Source: Octopus sinensis (Eukaryota). From it: DNA of 64,000 nt. Of the stretch, positions 39,266 through 52,400 are shown one piece after another. A program made the position numbers and the translations under genes. Below the pieces are notes generated by a model, which was given only the letters and a program-made list of their open reading frames with translations, had not been told where the DNA came from and made no database searches. The stretch is from contig NC_043011.1 of assembly GCF_006345805.1 (NCBI RefSeq), positions 32,128,464 to 32,192,463 on the forward strand, given 5' to 3'. The stretch's first letter is position 1, and each line of letters starts with the position of its first letter.

Positions 39266-41663
39266 CATATATACGATAGGCTTCTTTCAGTTTCCGTCTA
39301 CCAAATCCACTCACAAGGCATTGGTCGGCCCGGGGCTATAGCAGAAGACACTTGCCCAAGATGCCACGCAGTGGGACTGAACCCGGAACCATGTGGTTGG
39401 TTCGCAAGCTACTTACCACACAGCCACTATATTAATTTAACAAAAAAGAAACATTTACTTGTTGAATATTGAAATTTAAAACAGGCCGATTCAGTTAAAT
39501 CTTTTGTGTTGTTGACATTATTTCAACTTGAGAAAAAAAAAATCTATTGATGTTATTTAAATATAAATTTCAGGTCAACTGCGTTGTCAGAAGATAGTCA
39601 GTTAGACATTGCTGAACTGAATCCCTTAGACTTATTATTGATGCGCCAAGATGCACGGAGAGATATGTTGGAACTGATGTTTCAGGTAAGAAAATTTGTT
39701 TAATATAATTCCTAAACCTCTGGACTGTATGTCTACAAAAGATATTATGGGACAACAGCAAAACTCCCCAGTATACAACAAATTTTAGAACTCAACATGT
39801 CTAATAGCTTATATTTGCAGTTCAAGAGATGTTGTTACTTTCTACATATTTGGCTGGCTACTTCTGTGTTCAAGAATCATTATTATCATTTTCACATCTG
39901 CTTTTCTAGGCTCCTATGGGTTGGACTGGTCCTTTATCCACAATGTCATAATTTTTTGAATTTCTTTGTCACCTCCTGGCTCAGTATCCTAGGATCAGCT
40001 TTCATCAATTCTGTTTATGTCTTCCTTGGTCTTTCACTTTCAGTTTCCTTCCATTTGGATCTCTTGGCACTTTATCCATTTCTTATCATCTGTATGCATA
40101 ACATGTTATTATCAATGCAGTTGTCTCTCTTGTACACTGTATCTGATTCCTCTTATTTTCTTGGGTTTTTTTTCTCTCTGCTCATCCATACCACATCACT
40201 TATGCACAATAACATTTACACATGCAACAAGTAGTGCTTGCTTCATTTCTTTCAAAGCTTCATTCCTCCTCTACATTCAGTCTCCACATCTAATTTCCAT
40301 TCAGCATCACATATTGCAAGCAAGCATTATACAATAGAGGTCAGAAGTCAACTCTAGCATACCCCAAGGTCAAGTCATGTCTCCTGCACTTTTCCTTCTC
40401 TGTTCATTAACCATCTACTTGCTGTCCTTTCTAACAACACACACTCCAATGCAAATGATACTACCTTTCATTCTTCCTTAACCCTTTTGATACCAACCCG
40501 GCTGAAACTGCCTCTGGCTCTGCAGTACAAATGTCTTGCTTTCATAAGTTCTGAATTAAAATCTTCCAACAAACCTTAGTCACAATTTATGTTCCTAACA
40601 CTAACTTAATGATAACTAAGTTATTTCACTAAATTCTTTGTCGTATTTAAAATTAATTGAAAGAAACACAGAGCATCTCAATAGAAATACAGTAACGAAA
40701 GGGTTAATCTTCAACACATGTACCTTTTATACCCAACTCAAATACCTCATACCAAACAGGCGCTACCCCTTAAAACTATGGTACTCTGCCCTCCACCAGT
40801 TTACACTTTTCTTGCGAGCATTAACCTCCAGATATTCGAGCTGAACATCAGTCTTACCAGTTTGGGAGGTCCTGCACAGGCAGAAGTCATGAGTTTCGTC
40901 TTTGTGTCCATGACTAGCTTAAACTACAATAGAACCAAGTTGGGGTTCTGAGCTACAACTTCAGTTACAGCAACATAAACAACAACTCCCACTAATGAAC
41001 CAGTAAGTGTGCTGCTTCATGGTTGTTTGATCTACTAAAAGTAATAGCTAAATCTCCTTTGTCTGCCATCTTACAAAAATGAACAGGCACATTAAACCAT
41101 GTAATTCTAGAGATTCCTAAGAAGACAGGATGGTCTTGACAGGAATGCCTTTGATCATAGGTCTGCTCAATTAGAGTTGATCTGGGACTATATTGCTGCT
41201 GCTACAACTACTACTACTAAATATAGAAATCTTAGCTATTCATTCATAATGTTTATTTTGAGTGTCCTTTCCTTATTTTTCACGCAATCAATGAAATTTA
41301 AAGAAAGTCTCCATCTACATTTTTGTTATAGTATTATACTGTAGCTGGGACTTATTCTTTGTAAGCCCAGTACTTATTCTATCGGTCTCTTTTGCCGAAC
41401 TGCTAAGTGACGGGGACGTAAACACACCAGCATCGGTTGTCAAGCGATGTTGGGGGAACAAACACAGACACACAAACATTACACACACATACATCATCAT
41501 CATCATCATCATCATTTAGCGTCCGCTTTCCATGCTAGCATGGGTTGGACGGTTCAACTGGGGTCTGTGAAGCTGGAAGGCTTCGTCAGGCCCAGTCAGA
41601 TCTGGCAGTTTTTCTACGGCTGGATGCCCTTCCTAACGCTAACCACTCCACGAGTGTATATAC

Positions 41664-41730
<67 letters not shown>

Positions 41731-42541
41731 TACGACAGGCTTCTTTCAGTTTCCGTCTACCAAATCCACTCACATGGCTTTGGTCGGCCCGAGGCTATAG
41801 CAGAAGACACTTGCCCAAGATGCCACGCAGTGGGACTGAACCCGGAACCATGTTGTTGGTTAGCAAGCTACTTACCACACAGCCTCTCTCAGAATATTAA
41901 CCGCCATCTGTGTATTAACACTTTAAATCAGGGTCGCTTTACAAAACGTCCTGTCTCATTCTTTAGCATTAGTGGGAGAACAACAATGATTTATCATAGT
42001 ATTTAATCTTCTGTCCTCTTCCATGTTAATCAACTATGAACTCATCTTGTCCTTTTTTTTTTTTTTGCTTAATTACTTCTAAAGTTGCTTTGTATTTTTC
42101 TCTTTAACAGAATGTTATTTTGCAGATGCTGGCTGTCCATCCAGATTTACTCAATGATCAAGCCCCACCCCCTGCTCCTCTGACTCTCATTGACAACTTG
42201 CAGACTGTCGTTGTGACACAGGAAGATATCAGTAAGCCTGTCTTTATTACAAATTGAGCAAAAAAAAAAAATATATACGAATAAGGTTACTGTTATTTGT
42301 GGCACTTGTGGGTTTTATAATTGTAACATATCTCTTTTATTTTGGAAATGAATGACACTCATTTACAGCCATGACAAAGAGACAGAAGCATGTATGTACA
42401 TATGTAGATGGCGTTAGGAAGGGCATCCAGCTGTAGAAATCATGCCAAATCAGACTGGAACCTGGTGCAGCTCTCCAGTTTACCAGTTGCCGTCAAACCG
42501 TTTAACTCATGCCAGCATGGAAATCAGACGTTAAATGAGGA

Positions 42542-42585
<44 letters not shown>

Positions 42586-43398
42586 TGAAATAGAAAGATG
42601 AATAATCTTGTTGCAGATTAATCAAAAGTTTAACCGATACCTTGGTAGCAAAAATCACAGCAGAAGACAGCACGGTTGGAGGTACAACCATATGGTGTTG
42701 CAACCGTGCGTTAGTGCGGATAATTGAATTTTAATATTATTAGTGAATTGAAGAAATGGAGTTGAACGAAGATTGAACAGAAATCGTTTTATTGCATTCT
42801 ACAGCAGTGACCATTGGGTAGAGCTGTTTACCAACTGACGGCCGCGCGATCAAACGCACACACGTACACATAAAATATTTTCTACCCCTTGACAGAGTTC
42901 TCAGCAGTGACCAGAATGTAGCGCTTCTTACCAACTTGCTGCCGCACACATATATAGAACAGTACACACACACATGTCTCTAAGTAGATTTTGTCTCGCC
43001 CCATATAATACACCTAATATTCTTTAAATAGTCAGAACTTTAGTCTCGGTCACAAAGAACATCTACGCACCCCGTGCCCTCACCCACCGAAATGACCGCT
43101 GCCTGACCCGTTAAAATCCTCAACGCACCCACCACCCGTTTTCAACATACATTGATAAACAGTTTGGCCATGGGCTCTTAGGAGCCTCGTTCGATTTGTT
43201 TTGCTCCGCCTCTGTTCTGTTTTTGTTTATTCCAACGGATTTCCTATTTCTTCCTGAAGAGAAAGACACAATATGGTCTCATTTTCAATCGGAATTTGGT
43301 AAATTGTGCCTTTCGAAACACGTGTAGAATGCAATAAAACGATTTCTGTTCAATCTTCGTTCAACTCCATTTCTTCAATTCACTAATAATATATATAT

Positions 43399-43433
<35 letters not shown>

Positions 43434-46400
43434 CTTGGGCTTCCTTCAGTTTCTTATTTCTTTATTGCCCACAAAGGGCTAGACATAGAGGGGACAATCA
43501 AGAAGAGACAAACGGATTAAGTCGATTACAACGACCCCAGTGCGTCACTGGTACTTAATTTATCGACCCCAAAAGGATGAAAGGCAAATTGACCTCGGCG
43601 GAATTTGAACTCAGAACGTGTACGGCAGACGAAATACCACTAAGCATATTGCCCGGCGTGCTAACGTTTCTGCCAGCTCGTCGCCTTCTTTCAATTTCTG
43701 CCTACCAAATCCATTCACAAGGCTTTTGTTGGCCCAGGGGTGTAGTATAAGACACCTGCCCTAAGTGCCATGCCGTGTTTACCCAAAACCATGTGTTTAG
43801 GAAGCAAACTTCGCAACACGATCATACCTGCGTCTGTCCTAATCATAAATATTCTCTAGTTTTCCTATTCTTCATTACATCTCGTAAGTTATTCTTTTAC
43901 TAGTTTCAGTCATTAGACCGCAACCATGATGGAACACTGCTTTTGATGATATTTTGTCATTTTATAATTAACCCAATTACTCGTCTCGCTTATTTTATCA
44001 AATGGTTCGATTCACCCGAGTTGTCCTTTCAGTGAGTTACTTCCCTTCGATCGACTTGCAAACCACACTGAGAGAGGAGAGTGAGAGGAGACTTCAACGC
44101 GTATTGTCCGTCGTTTCTATCACCTTTTGTAAATTATTGAAACTCTCACTTTTCTGTGGATCGTCATATTTTAGCTATGGTGGTATAAGGGTAAAAGACT
44201 TAGTTGAGCGATCTTTCGTCTCTAGTAGACCTTTCCGTCGATTTCCGTAAAAATTTTTTTTTCATATGGGCTTGCGGGAACTTTTGAAGTAATGAGAGCG
44301 AAAGAGACACATTACTCTCTCTGTCTCTTCACACACACTAACAGAAGTACTTCACTTACACAACATACTGTCTGTCTCCCACACCCCATCAAACACACAC
44401 ACACACACATGTACATCAATGCTTACCATGCACGGTAACTTCAAAAGAACTTCCCTCGTCATACAATCGCTTTCTCTTAGTCTCTTTCGTTCTCATTACT
44501 TCAAAAGTTCCTGCAAGCCCATATGTAAAAAAAAAATTTTTTTACGGAAATCGACGGAAAGGTCTACTAGAGACGAAAGATTGCCCTTAGTTGTCGCCTA
44601 TTTCAACACCACTACCTGGCCTATCAGTCGCTTTTGTAGAGTCCAACGTGTAGCATAAGACTTGTTCTCTAGTTTGAAGATATCGAGATCCGTCTTCTTT
44701 GTCCCTCCAGTCTTAGTGACCATGACAAAGATCCATGGACGTCAGGCTTCTCTCCCTGACTAAACTTTTTAAAAAATAAGCTATATGGTAGATACAAATA
44801 TGATAATATAAACAAATCAAAATCGCTGACGTGGCCGATGACAGTACCCTATGATTGGCACTCGTGCCCTTGGAACGTTAAAAGCATATCCGAGCGTGAT
44901 CGATGCCAGGGCCATGGATTGGCTCCTGTGCCGGTGACACGGGAAAAGCACCATTTGAGCGTTATTGTTGCTAGCGTCACCTTACCAGCATGTGTGCCGG
45001 TGGCACGTGAAAAACAACATTTGAGCATGGTCGTTGCTAGTACCGCTGGACTGGCTCCCGTGCAGGTAGCACGTAAAAACACCTTTTAAGCGTGGTCGTT
45101 GCCAGAACCGCCCGACTGGCCCTCTTACAATGGCCTTATTGCAGGACGTTACCACCTTTTTCACTGTCTTATTAAAAGTCACTTTTGCTGTCACCCTTAT
45201 ATTTTTTCGTCCTTTTTGATGTAGCAAACGGTAGATACATTGATACCATAATGGTAGCCTACATCTGCATGCCTTCAACCTTCTTTAAGCATGTCGAGGA
45301 GTCTCACCATTTCTGCTATAGTAAGCATCTTCCTCTGGTCCTTGGGTTGACTGCTAGAAGTCTTAGACGGTGCAGAACATAGGGCTTGAAATAAATTCAC
45401 AATTTTACACACAAAAGTAAAACAACACCGCACACTCTCCTCCCGTGTTTCGTTTTCCATACACTATGTGAAATTCTTTGTTTACTCACCTATGGTACTC
45501 ATAGTATTTTCTTTTAATATTTTAATTAATGTGTTATACAGTGTAATACTGTACAGTATTTTTATTTATTAATTTTTAGGTGTGAAAATGCTTATTTTAT
45601 CAGAGAAATAATTAAAATCTAAACAAATATAAATACCTATTGGCTGCAGAAACCCGCAATATACTGAGAAGTCTGTGGTATAAATTTACATATATTAGCC
45701 AGAAAAATCCACAATGTACTGAGGACATGATAGGTAGACTGCAATATGGCAAGTGATTACTGTAAATACAATTTAGAAAGTAATCCAATATTTTGCAGAA
45801 ACTTGTGAGCTTAAATTTGTATAAAACACATGTTTCTGGCAACTCCAAAAATAAATAAATCTTTTCGTTATCTTTCTGATTTTGGTAAAAGGCCAGCAGT
45901 TTTTAGTGGGAGGGGCATATCAATTACATTGACTCCAATACTTAACTGGTACTATATTTTATTGTGCTTTCGCCATTCTCCATAGTTGTGTTGTGATTTT
46001 AAGCAATTATGTAGATTGTAGAAAGGCTTTCTGATGTATTTTATAGTTTTCAGATACAGTCATTTGATTCCCTAAAATAGCCATAGGATTTGAACCCGTT
46101 TCATCTGACTTTGTGCTTGTAAATTATAATAAAGTGTTATTAGAATATTAAATGGAAAGTTAAAAATGAGTGGATTCAATATTAAACAGATGAATATATT
46201 GGTTCATTTGTTTAAATATGTAGGCTCTTCTTTTGTTTGAATATATGGACTTGGCTGGATATTGATAGTGTATATTTGTATCTTACCGAATAAGTGTAAA
46301 TTAAAATGTGTATATTGTTTTCAAGAGTTGGTCGAATTGTAAGCAAATAAAAGCCTAAGTTCGCTGCTTTCTTTTTCGAACTGTCGGTATACTTTAAGTT

Positions 46401-49400
46401 GTAAATGAGTGTCACTGTCATACAAGCAACGTCGTTCATTTCCAAGAAAGATAAAATAGATCTGTTACAATTATAAGACCCACATGGAGCGCAAGTGTAA
46501 TTTCAATAAAGAACAAAATAAGAATTTTTAACACTAACATAAAAGCGGTGTTATTGTATGGGGCTGAGACATGGTGAACAACAGTTTAGTCAAATAAGCA
46601 AATACAATCATTCATCAACAGATGCTTGCATAGTATACTTAAAATTAGATGGCCTGAACACATAAGCAATATGGAGCTATGGCAAAGAACAAATCAAGTT
46701 TCGATTAGGGAGCAAATATTTAAGAAAAAGTGGAAGTGGATTGGTAGCGAAAAGTGCTTTACAGTGGAATCTGGATGGATATAGAAAGAAAGGTAGGCCT
46801 AAGAAATCATGGCGTAGATCAACACAAAAGGAACTAGAGAAAGGGGGACATTTATGGCAGAGTATAAGTACAGAAGCGAAAAATTATGCGACATGGAATT
46901 CAGTTATAAGTGGCCTATACTCCACGTTGGAGGGTTAAAGGCAGAAAAAAAAAATAAGTGCCACTAATAACAGTAAACTCATTGTGAGAACACAAGCAGA
47001 ATGGAGCAAATGTTGTGGCCCACAGAGCCAACTCAGCACCAGACAGCCTGGCCAATCTAGGTGATATTTTATTGATTCTAGGAAGAGGAAAAGCAAAGCT
47101 GAACTCAGACTGTAAAGATCGAGGAAAAAATACTTCTAATATTTCATCCGATGTGCTAACAATTCTACTAGCTTACTGTCTTAATAATGCGGTTTCTAAT
47201 TCAGGCTCAAGGTTTGCAGTTTTGAGGAAATGGGGATAGTTGATACCATTGATTCCAGCACTTGTCTGATATTTGATTTTATCAATCCCAGAAGGATGAC
47301 AGGCAAAGCTGGCCTGCGAAGTATTTGAACTCAGAGAGAACATAACTAAATGTTGCAAACCATTTTATTCAAATCTCTAACAATTTTGCTAACTTAACAT
47401 CACACTTTCCTTTCAAATTCAGGCACAAGGCCAAAAATTTGTAGGGTGGTGTTGGTTAAATTGACCCTAGTATTTACTGGCATTTTAGTTTATTGACCCT
47501 GGAACAACAAATAAGAAAGTTGACTTTGGTGTAATTTGAACTCAGAACATACAACTAAATACCACTAACGATTGTATCAATGCACTGAATAATTCTTTTC
47601 TACTCTAGGCACAAGGCCCAAAATTTTGGGGGAGGTGGGGCCAGTCGATTAGATCAACCCCAGTACGCAACTGGTACTTAATTTATCGATCCTGAAAGGA
47701 TGGAAAGCAAAGTCAACCTTGGTGGAATTTGAACTCAGAACGTAAAGACAGATGAAATACCTATTTCTTTACTACCCACAAGGGGCTAAACACAGAGAGG
47801 ACAAACAAGGATAGACAAACAGATTAAGTCGATTACATCAACCCCAGTGCGTAACTGGTACTTAATTTATCGACCCCGAAAGGATGAAAGGCAAAGTCAA
47901 CCGTGGTGGAATTTGAACTCAGAACATAACAGAAGACGAAATACCACTAAGCATTTCGCCCGGCATGCTAACATTTCTGCCAGCTCGCCGCCTTCATGCA
48001 CTGAATAATCTGACAACAATGTTGCCAGTGATTATTAGGAATCATCCCTCTCAAAGTCCTGGGCAATAGGAGATATAACCTTTATACATTGTTAGATGAT
48101 AAATTTTCTATTCTTAACTTAAATACACTCTGATAAGATGTGTCAAAGCTGATAAAAGCCAACTCGGTCAGTATCACAATACCTTAGTTGCTTGGTTTGT
48201 ACAAACTCTTTCTAACTACAGAATTATTTTAGAGCAATTCTAAATTTGTATTCTTGTACAAATGATAATTATAAATGTGTTTTTTTTGTGTGTGTGTATA
48301 ATGTACATTTTTGTGTTTTAGTCTTCTGGAGGTTGGCAAAGACTTTAGCATGTTGGACGAAATGCTTTTAGTGTGTGGCATTTCTTCTTGCACTTTATGT
48401 TCTGAGTTCAAATCCAACCAGGATCAACTTTGCTTTTCATCATTTCAGAGCTGATAAAATAAAGTACCAGTTAAATACAGAGTGTGGGGGTGGGGGATTA
48501 ATATCAAACTAAGCTCCCGCCCCCTAAAATTACTGGCTTCATGCCAAAATTTGAAACAGCTATTACCTTTTGTCATTTAAACATACTAAACTCTGATGTA
48601 GCTCAGTCTGCCTATCTGTAAATATGTACAACAATCAAAGCAACTCACCACATGAAGCAGGAAGAATAATATTAAACTGACAAGTTGTTTTTCAAGTTTG
48701 CATTACTGAGTTTTGAGTTTAGTTCCCTTTTGTGGGTGTAACCAGAACAGTGGTTGTTGTTGTTTGACTCGAGGTCAGCTCTGACTAAGGAGATATATAT
48801 CGACAAAAGCGTTCTGACTGGGACTATCAAGTCTTTTATTCAGACCAAAGTCCTATTATTTAATGTACGCTTTCCCTTTTTTGCCCTTCAATATTTGTTC
48901 AAATTAATCACCTTGCACAAATACTAACTCCAAGGAAAAAATTTTATGCAAAGAGAAAGTAAAGTAGGATAAAGTTTTTTGTTGTAGAGGAGCTACATAG
49001 CTACTCACATTCTAGAAAATGAAAAATTCATTAATAGTTGTTGTTGTTAGCCTAAGATCAAGGATATTCCAGCCATGCCCAAATTATCCTTTTTTTAGAA
49101 ACATAGTGTATCTAAGGAAGTAGAGGGATTTTGGAGGCTATATTTAGAAAGTCAGGTCACCCCATTCTTGTTGGTTTGCTACCTCATAAAGGATCTTAAT
49201 CCAGCAAGTTTTGTTGATATTGTTCCTAATATGTCACCTCAGGGAGCAAGGGAGAGAGATAGAGATGACAGACAATGTTGAGATTATATAATATACTCTA
49301 CTTTAAAAAAGTCTTAAGTGGATTCTTCTGCATAAGGAAAGAGGAATATTTGTAGTATAATGGTTTGATGTTGGCAGTAGAATGTTAGATCAAATGCTTT

Positions 49401-52400
49401 GTAATATTTAGAATTAGTTTCTCTAGAATATGAGCTCAGTCTCTGTTAGAATCAACCCTACTTTTAACCCTGTGACATTCAGATTACTCAGTCAAGTATA
49501 TCATCATCATCATCATTTAGCGTCCGTTTTCCATGCTAGCATGGGTTGGACGGTTCAACTGGGGTCTGTGAAGCCAGAAGGCTGCATCAGGCCCAGTCTG
49601 ATCTGGCAGTGTTTCTACGGCTGGATGCCCTTCCTAACGCCAACCACTCCGCGAGTGTAGTGGGTGCTTTTTACGTGCCACCCGCACAGGAGCCAGATGG
49701 AGCCAGACGGAGCTGGCAAACGGCCACGAACGGATGGTGCTTTTACGTGCCACCAGCACGGGGGCCAGGCGAGGCTTATTTATTCATATTGGTTTGAAGT
49801 AATCCTGCATCATCTCATAGCTTTGAGATTTCGATGATGTGATTGTTTACTTTTAGAATGACATTGTCAGCTAGGTATGATAAGCCAAATCTGGCCAGTT
49901 TGAACATAAAACAGGTAGGATACTTCAACTGAATATATCCAGTTTAAATGTTAAAAGGTTAAGACAAAGTATGAGTTGAAAGAGGTTTGACTGCTATTTC
50001 TAACAGGTTGGGTTACCATGTACAGGTTCCCTTGTTAGTTTGCCATAACATGAATTGGATCTTGTTGGTACCAAGTAGAAGTCAATACTCATGGATGGAT
50101 TCATCTCCTTTGATCCTGAATAATCTAATGGTAGAGGGTTCAAAAATGTATGGGTTATGATTTTGTTCATATGAATATGCCTAATCGGTTGTGTGTAGTT
50201 ATCTAACCAAGAGTTATTTTCATTTCAAGATGAAGAAGCCAGCTGTCCAATCTGTTTATGTCCATGGGAATTAGAAGAGAAAATGGCTAAACTACCATGT
50301 CATCATCTCTTCCACATGTTATGTATTCGGGCATGGCTTATAAAGGTAAGCATTATACAAGTAATTTTCCTCTTGTTCAGATTTAATCTCAGACTGATAA
50401 AATACATTGATTTCTATTTTCATTTTATCAATGTCTTAAGGTACTTCATTTATGAGTGTTGTTAAATACCAATACTGTGTGTCTTTAAAGAGACCTTCCC
50501 TGGATGAAATTCTAGTCATGAAGCATTTAACGACACACCTACATCAAGATTGTGACATTGATAATGTTTGTTATGCTTCTGATTCAAATTTTGAGTTTTG
50601 TTTTACTTGTGTAGCACAGTTTCACACCAGGAGATAGATTTTATGCTATCTTTATATACTTGAGGCCAGGAATTTGAATTTGACTCAAAGTCAAATTAAG
50701 TATGTAAGTATGTGGCACCAGTTAGCTGAAATAAAAACAAAATATTGATGTGTCATTCCCATTTGCCTCCAAGGTGGTTCGTTTCAACTGGTTTTGAAGT
50801 ATACAAGGTGTGTTTTTTAAACATTGTGTATCTTTAAAGGGACCTTCCCTGGACGAAATACTGCAGTCAGGAAGTATTTAACAACCCACATACATCAAGA
50901 TTGTGACATTGATAATGTCACAATATAGAGCTGCTTCTAACTCAAATTTTTGAGTTTTGTTTTACTTGTGTAGCACAGTTGCACATCAGATAGATTTTAT
51001 GATATCTGTATATACTTGGGGCCAACAGTTTGAATTTGTCTAGAGTTCAAATCAAATATATGATGAGCCGAAATAATTGAAATATCAATGTCTGTAGTTC
51101 TCATTCACCTCAGCAACAGTTTGTCTTGCTTGCCTTTGAAGTATACAATGTGTGATTTTTAACATCGTATGTCTTTAAAGGGACCTTCCCTACAAAATAC
51201 TGCAATCATGAAGCGTTTAATAACACGCATGCTTCAAATATGTGACCTCAATAATATTCATGTTATTAGAGCTACTTCTGATTCAGAATTTAAATTTTCT
51301 TTTATTTGTACAACATTAGCAGATAGATTATATGCTATATGTATATATTTGAGGTCGACAGTTTGAATTCAACTCAAGGTCAAATTGAGTATGTGGCACC
51401 AACTAGCTGAAACGAAAAATATTAACAGGTCATTCTCATTCGCCTCAAAAGCAGTTCGTTTCACCTGGCTTCAAAGTATACAATCCGTGTTTTTTAACAT
51501 TCTATGTCTTTAACCTTTAGCATTCAGATTATTCTGTCAAAAGTAATGCTTATTTATTCACATTGTTTTAACCCTTTAGTATTTAAACCGGCCATATCCG
51601 GCCAAAATATTTAATCTGTTTTATGTTCAAACTGACCAGATCCAGGCCCTCACACCTACCCTACAATGTTATTCTATATTAAGTAATTACACCATCAAGA
51701 TCTTGAAGATATGAGATAATGCATGATTAATTCAAATCAATGGGAATCAATAAGCATTATATTTGATAAAATAATCTGAACACTAAAGGGTTAAATTAAA
51801 TCATGCATCATCTTGTAGCTTTGAGATTTTGATGAGGTAACTGCTAATTTCGAGAATGATATTGTAGGGTTGGAGGGGGAGGGGCCAGATCTGGCTAGTT
51901 TGAATATAAAACAGCTGGGATATTTTGGCTAGGTATGACCTGTTTAAATACTAAAGGGACTTACCCCTGGATGAAATACTGCAGTCAGAAAGTATTTAAC
52001 AACACACATACCTTATGTGACATTGATAATGTTTACATTATAGTACTGCTTCTAACTTGAAAATTTCAATTTTATTTTTAATGTAACAAATTGAATAAAG
52101 CCAATTATTTTTTATGTTGTTTTTTTAAAGAGCTTTGAAACTTTTTCTTCTTTCATATTTAGTTTTCCAAATTAAAATAATGAAATTATTGTATACAGTG
52201 CTCAGGTGCACCACAACTTGTCAGAAAGTGCATATAAAGTACATGCAGTAATGTAGAAATGTCTGGAAGGCGAACAATGTATGAGTTAGATACATGCTTG
52301 TGTGTGTATGGAGGGGAGAAAATCAAGTGTAGTGTTGGCGAATCTCAGGAAGCATGGAAGTTTTGATGGATGCAGTGCTCCGACAACTAACAACCGATGC

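Noticed and set aside
50495-50585. Firm box C/D snoRNA call
   Set aside because: The C box is imperfect, there is no terminal stem, and the boxes are not conserved across the four units; kept only as a hypothesis.
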